Source: a bacterium (GTDB taxonomy: Bacteria; Electryoneota; Electryoneia; Electryoneales; Electryoneaceae). From it: a DNA stretch of 64,000 nt. The notes beneath the pieces were generated by a model. The model was not told the DNA's origin. It searched no databases and saw only the letters and a list, made by a program, of their open reading frames with translations. Of this stretch, positions 59,171 to 64,000 are shown piece by piece; position 1 is the first letter of the stretch, and every line of letters begins with the position of its first letter. Position numbers and translations under genes: made by a program. The stretch covers positions 4,480,001 to 4,544,000 of the forward strand of contig OY769902.1 of the NCBI GenBank assembly GCA_963669175.1. The letters are read 5' to 3'.

Positions 59171-60250
59171 CTACTTCAACAAAGCCATTTTGCTCGTAGC
59201 GCTGATGTTATTCGCCTTCATGCGAACGTAATAGATACCGCTCGGTTGCTGTGCTGCATTCCACGTGGTGCGATAACTTCCGGCTTCCATTGCTTGATCT
59301 ACCAGGATTGCGATTTCATTGCCAAGTACATCATAAACAGCGATGGTCACATTGGATTGAATCGCCAGCTCGAAGGAAATCTCGGTATTGGGATTAAATG
59401 GATTCGGGTAGTTCTGACCGAGAGAGAATTGAGCGGGGATCGCGTCGCCTGGTCCATCAACGTCACCCGTCGTTCTCGGACGGGTGACGGTACTTGCATC
59501 GAGGGTGACCGCGGCAATACTTGCCAATAGCCTTCCTTCTATATTGGCGCCGGTATTGAGCGATATGGATTGGTCCGCCATGATGGTGCATTTGAAGATG
59601 CAATCCGTTCCAAGGGTGGCAGAGGTGCCGACCTGCCAGAAAATATTTTCCGCCAGCGCGCCGCCTGCGAGAATTACCTGGACGCCATTCGCCACGTCGA
59701 GGTCGGATTCAATCTGAAAAATCCAGACATCTGTTTCGTTGCCCGAGAGGGTGACATCGGATCCGGCGATTGACGCAGTGCTGGTGAACCTGTATAAGCC
59801 CGGAACCAGTGTCATCCCGCCAATATTGCCGACACCCGGATTGAGGAATTCACCCACCGGGACAGGCGTCCGAGAAGCCGCATCGTTGTAGGCGATGGTC
59901 AAGTCACCCTTGGCAGCTGTCAGCAGCTCAGTGGCAATCACAGAGCCTACGGGCCCACTCGCATCAACCGTGTAGATAAACCCGTCAACTTCCAAAGATG
60001 TCAATCCTGTGATCTCGCTTCCGGTTGCCGGGCTCAACCCTACGTTCCCGATGATTTCCGATGTCGGAATACTCGAGATCAACGAAGCGGCGAGGACGCT
60101 AAATCCATCTGCTTCGCCAAGAGGTACTGGTGCTTGTGGCGGCTGTGCGAATGCCATGACTGACATGATCAACGCTACTGCCAGAACCACAGCGCAGAGG
60201 CTGTTCCTCAAGCTGTAATCGTCCACGAAAGTTGTAGTTGGTTTTATCAT
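59171..60250 (-). CDS. DUF3494 ice-binding-family protein with C-terminal sorting domain
   Basis: TL.PGLY, WIFQI, NIFWQVG.SATLG; QNYPNPFNP tail. Confidence 0.9.
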   Translation of the reverse strand: MIKPTTTFVDDYSLRNSLCAVVLAVALIMSVMAFAQPPQAPVPLGEADGFSVLAASLISSIPTSEIIGNVGLSPATGSEITGLTSLEVDGFIYTVDASGPVGSVIATELLTAAKGDLTIAYNDAASRTPVPVGEFLNPGVGNIGGMTLVPGLYRFTSTASIAGSDVTLSGNETDVWIFQIESDLDVANGVQVILAGGALAENIFWQVGTSATLGTDCIFKCTIMADQSISLNTGANIEGRLLASIAAVTLDASTVTRPRTTGDVDGPGDAIPAQFSLGQNYPNPFNPNTEISFELAIQSNVTIAVYDVLGNEIAILVDQAMEAGSYRTTWNAAQQPSGIYYVRMKANNISATSKMALLK

Positions 60251-60584
60251 ACTTTCTCCGTCACTACTTCACCTGCATGTACAGCAAATTCTGGTTTATG
60301 TCCTCATGCGATATCGTCATTGCATCAATTGGCTTCCTAAGAGCCATGATACCGCAATGAACTGTTCTGCCTGTTAAGAATTTCCGATAGTATGGCCTAT
60401 CGGAAAGCAGATGTAGTCGTGTCATGTCTTTTCACTCAAACACCAATTGCAATCAGATCCTCGGATCGAGATAGAAGTAAAAGTCGATGACAACCTGGCT
60501 GATCATGTGATGTCACCAAGCATTTCAAGACAAAGAACAGGTCACAGGCATCAATAGACTTTCCATCGACTGGTTCTGACTGTT

Positions 60585-62234
60585 CTACCGTTTCGTCGCT
60601 GAAACACTACCCTTTGGCGACGAGTCGTTAACGATCAATAAATCAATCCTGCGGTTCTCGCCACGTCCTTCAGCAGTCTCGTTGCTTGCCACGGGCTCTT
60701 CCTCGCCACGTCCTTCTGCCGTAAGACGGTTTATATTGATCCCGCCAACGGTCGATAGAAAACCGACAACACTTTGTGCACGTGCCGCAGAAAGTTCCAG
60801 GTTACGCTTGTCGCTTCCTATCTCGTCTGTATGCCCGATGATCAAAACTGTGCTTTCAGGAAACGTATTGATTGCCGACACAACCTTGTTGAGCAAGGCA
60901 TAGTTGGCGGATTCCACTTCGAACTTGCCTGGTTTGAAGTTGAATCCCTTCAGTCGAATCAATACGTTTTCACCCTGCCGAAAGACCACAGCTTCCTCTT
61001 TACTGAAAAGGTGCTGAGTCTGCGTAAAACGCTCCTGGGCACGATGTTCCCGCCTCTGCATTTCTGCTTGGGCCAGGGCCTGTGCTGACAGTCGCTCCTG
61101 GAGTGAAGCAACTTGCTCGGCAGCGTCTATCTTGGCCTGATTCAATCGTGTTGCGTTTCCACTGTTCAAGGCTGCGAGCTGACTCTCGTGAATCCTGAGA
61201 ATTCTCTGCAACGCTTCCTCGTGAGCACGTTGTTGGGTTTCGATGTCGCTTTCCAGCTGCAAAGCCCTTTGCTGTGAAATCTGATTGGTGTTGCGTATGT
61301 CCTCCATGACAGACTTCAGGGCCAGTGCATCGCCACGAAGCGCTGAAATGACCTTGGCGTTAGACTGGTCAAAGGGAAGCGTATCATCCCGAAGCGCATT
61401 GCGAACGAGCTGGAGCTGATTCTGGTACCAAAGCAGACGGTCCTCGTTCGAAAAATCCTGGGATTCGAAATACTTGATCAGAACAGTAATCTCGCGCGCC
61501 TGGTTCGCTAACCACGTTGCCTGATGGGCATGGGTGTTACTCTCTTCAACGCGTGTACGGTCGGCGTCAAGGATTGACAGAGCGAGTTTAAGTTCCTCAC
61601 GAGCGTATTGAAGCGTCTTGGGAGCATAAGCATCCGCATCGGCCTCTTCAGCAGCCAAAACTGCCTTTTCGGCAACCGCCACTGTTCCAGTTTTTAGCGC
61701 AGAAAGCTCCAGTGATGCATACATTTCAATCAGCGCCGACCGTTTCTTGCGCGCACTTCCGGTTTCACCTTGCTCAAGCAATCGTGCAACAGCGCGAAAA
61801 CCATCATCTGCAACTTCAAATTTTTTCGCGAACAGAAAATTGGCGCCTTGCAGGTTTGCTCGGGTCCGGATGTCGAGCACTTCCTGCATTTCCAAGCGAT
61901 TACTTGCAATCGTCTCGTTCAATTTCCGGAGGTTGTCCAGTCCGCGCTGAGCAGCCTCGTTAGCTTGAGTTTTGTCCGCTTTACGCGCAAAGTTGAATGC
62001 CTGGTCCAAATCCCGCTGGGTCTCCGCGAATAAGAGCGGTGCGAGTAAAGCACCGTCTCTGCCACGTGTGTCCTCCAGCCCGTCGCTAAGCTGCGCAACA
62101 GCAGTATATTGACGGACCACGTCTTGTCGGGTCAGGCTCATCGTGGCGCACCCATTCAGAAGGGCGCCCCAAAGGGTTACACCAATGAGCATGATCAGCA
62201 TTTGGGAGATGCCAGCTCTCGATAACCTTTTCAT
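60585..62234 (-). CDS. OmpA-family lipoprotein with coiled-coil region
   Basis: Lipobox LNGC; GHTD..G....N..LS..RA; NRRID. Confidence 0.9.
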   Translation of the reverse strand: MKRLSRAGISQMLIMLIGVTLWGALLNGCATMSLTRQDVVRQYTAVAQLSDGLEDTRGRDGALLAPLLFAETQRDLDQAFNFARKADKTQANEAAQRGLDNLRKLNETIASNRLEMQEVLDIRTRANLQGANFLFAKKFEVADDGFRAVARLLEQGETGSARKKRSALIEMYASLELSALKTGTVAVAEKAVLAAEEADADAYAPKTLQYAREELKLALSILDADRTRVEESNTHAHQATWLANQAREITVLIKYFESQDFSNEDRLLWYQNQLQLVRNALRDDTLPFDQSNAKVISALRGDALALKSVMEDIRNTNQISQQRALQLESDIETQQRAHEEALQRILRIHESQLAALNSGNATRLNQAKIDAAEQVASLQERLSAQALAQAEMQRREHRAQERFTQTQHLFSKEEAVVFRQGENVLIRLKGFNFKPGKFEVESANYALLNKVVSAINTFPESTVLIIGHTDEIGSDKRNLELSAARAQSVVGFLSTVGGININRLTAEGRGEEEPVASNETAEGRGENRRIDLLIVNDSSPKGSVSATKR

Positions 62235-62416
62235 CTTTTCTTCTCCTTGTTTGCTACTTCTACGTATGATAAGGCTGGCAACAAGACGTTGCCGGTCTCA
62301 AATACCTGATGCTGGTTCGCGAAAACACCCCGCACCGTTTTTGTGTGTGTTGGCAGCGCCTTGCTGTCAACAGTTCAAACCTTTTCAAACAACTTCTATT
62401 AATGCATAAAGTGTTG

Positions 62417-62905
62417 TCAGAACATCCAATGCACGCCTATTCCAAAGTCAAAATTGAAACCCGGTATCACACTTGCGCCTAGCTCTATATTCCATCCGAT
62501 GGGAGGAAGAGATGCACTCAAACCGCGCCAATCGTACTCCACCCCAATGCCAACTCCCAAGCCCAATCCGTGATTGTTCTCATGCCACTTCTCATCGTCT
62601 TGCCATCCCCACGGGCTGGACTGTTCATCATTCCAGAGTCCCACAGTCCCTTGTCCGTAGGCATTCCAGAATTGTTTCTGGGTGAAACGACCCAGCACCC
62701 TGATTGCGACTGCATTGGCTCCAACATCAACGATACCCTGAAGCGCCAGGGGATTGGCAATTTCCATAACCCCACTGATCCCTGAAGCGAACTGCGCACC
62801 TTGCAGACCAAGACGGAACTTGCTGTCGTTGGCTTGAGAACTGCCCGTCAGGGCTATTGACAAGACAAGCGTGAAGAGACTGATTATCATGCGTCTTTTT
62901 ATCAT
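62417..62905 (-). CDS. Small outer-membrane beta-barrel protein
   Basis: Signal peptide, alternating Gly/hydrophobic strands, C-terminal Phe. Confidence 0.7.
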   Translation of the reverse strand: MIKRRMIISLFTLVLSIALTGSSQANDSKFRLGLQGAQFASGISGVMEIANPLALQGIVDVGANAVAIRVLGRFTQKQFWNAYGQGTVGLWNDEQSSPWGWQDDEKWHENNHGLGLGVGIGVEYDWRGLSASLPPIGWNIELGASVIPGFNFDFGIGVHWMF

Positions 62906-62975
62906 CTTAACTTCCTCCTATCAGAATTTCTTTGCTTTGTTCATAACCTTTTTTGTTTGTATATTTTCCTTATTG

Positions 62976-63128
62976 TCATCTGAACAGATTTCTACTTCTA
63001 AAATAGCGGATCATTATAATAATAATGGCTGCTAATAAAAGTATATGAATATAACTGTGCATACTAAATGATGTTACAAGCCCAAAAGCCCATAATACCA
63101 GCAAAGTGATCGCGATAGCCAATAACAT
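62976..63128 (-). CDS. lmo0937/DUF5670-family small membrane protein
   Basis: ML..IA..LLVLW..GLV......IHILL pattern. Confidence 0.75.
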   Translation of the reverse strand: MLLAIAITLLVLWAFGLVTSFSMHSYIHILLLAAIIIIMIRYFRSRNLFR

Positions 63129-63357
63129 GATCTTTTCCTTTACAAAATGTTTTCGATGCATGAATGTACATCAACAGCATTCATAAGCGTTATCAGTCTG
63201 CCATACGCAATTCTGCAAGACGCGCATGAATTATCTACAGTCGCTCAGCCTGCTTCTAACGGTATAATACTTTTCGAAGTAATTGCATATTATCCATAAC
63301 CAGTTCACGCAATCCTCGCGTTAAACGTTGATAAAAACAGATAAATAGAAATCATCG

Positions 63358-64000
63358 CTACACAGCTTTCGGTAACGGCTCGTTTAAATCATCCGATACT
63401 TTCCCGATTTGATCTGCTTCCATCATCGCATTTCTCATCTGTTCAGTCAGTGAGGCCAAGTGACCTGGTGAGTGAGGGATCAGAATCGCATTCGATCTTG
63501 ATGACGCCCCGATTTCCTTCAGCATGTCGAAATACTGCGTCATCAAGACAAGGTTCATCACATCCTTGGCGGTCGTACCAGGCACTGATTTACGGAATTC
63601 ATCCACAGAATCGCGAAGTCCGGCAACAATCGCCTGCCGTTGATCTGCAATACCCTGCCCCTGTAAAGCTTTGCTCTGTGCCTCACCTTCGGCAGCTTTT
63701 ACTTTCAGAATCCGATCAGCTTCGCCGCGTTCGGTTGCCGCCACTCGCATCCGCTGTGCAGCGTTGATCTCGTTCATGGATTCTTTCACTTTCGGGTCAG
63801 GATCAATGTCGGTAACAAGAGCTTTGAGGATACCGTACCCGAATCCTTCCATCACCTGCGCCAGTTCACTCATGACGATATCAGCAATATCATCTTTCTT
63901 CTCGAAAACATCATCCAACTTGATCTTTGGCACTTGTGCCCGGACGACATCAAACACATAGGACGTGATCTGTCGATTGGGATTATCAAGCTTGTAGAAG
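63358..64000 (-). CDS. SPFH/band 7 (HIR-like) protein, 5' truncated by the window edge
   Basis: FDVVRA.VPK..LDD.FE.K, MNEINAAQR, TQYFD. Confidence 0.9.
   Translation of the reverse strand, partial: FYKLDNPNRQITSYVFDVVRAQVPKIKLDDVFEKKDDIADIVMSELAQVMEGFGYGILKALVTDIDPDPKVKESMNEINAAQRMRVAATERGEADRILKVKAAEGEAQSKALQGQGIADQRQAIVAGLRDSVDEFRKSVPGTTAKDVMNLVLMTQYFDMLKEIGASSRSNAILIPHSPGHLASLTEQMRNAMMEADQIGKVSDDLNEPLPKAV

Overview
Bacterial genomic window, probably FCB-superphylum lineage (inferred from two secreted proteins with YPNPFNP C-terminal sorting domains). It is a mosaic of accessory modules separated by small mobile DNA. Protein modules: (i) PD-(D/E)xK-like nuclease + DUF3800 + small partner gene with a convergent ~70-nt candidate ncRNA; (ii) HpaI-like type II R-M pair; (iii) SNF2 helicase/SWIM/YecA cluster; (iv) sigma54-driven fatty-acid modification (cfa/ufa-like) operon; (v) sigma54/two-component-driven NuoEFG-like + stand-alone GltB FMN-domain redox operon, bounded by split IS3 halves and TGT..ACA MITEs; (vi) CEOS, radical SAM, GGDEF, ice-binding, OmpA and SPFH genes. 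The most striking non-coding signal is a ~396-bp element with Tn5/IS50-like 19-bp ends, present four times. Each copy sits in the centre of a GGCT-NN-AGCC hairpin of a ~200-bp REPIN-like repeat with its own matching 10-bp target duplication, carries a second REPIN-like cargo, and one copy is itself interrupted by an IS4 in a hairpin. All calls are by eye; no database searches were run.
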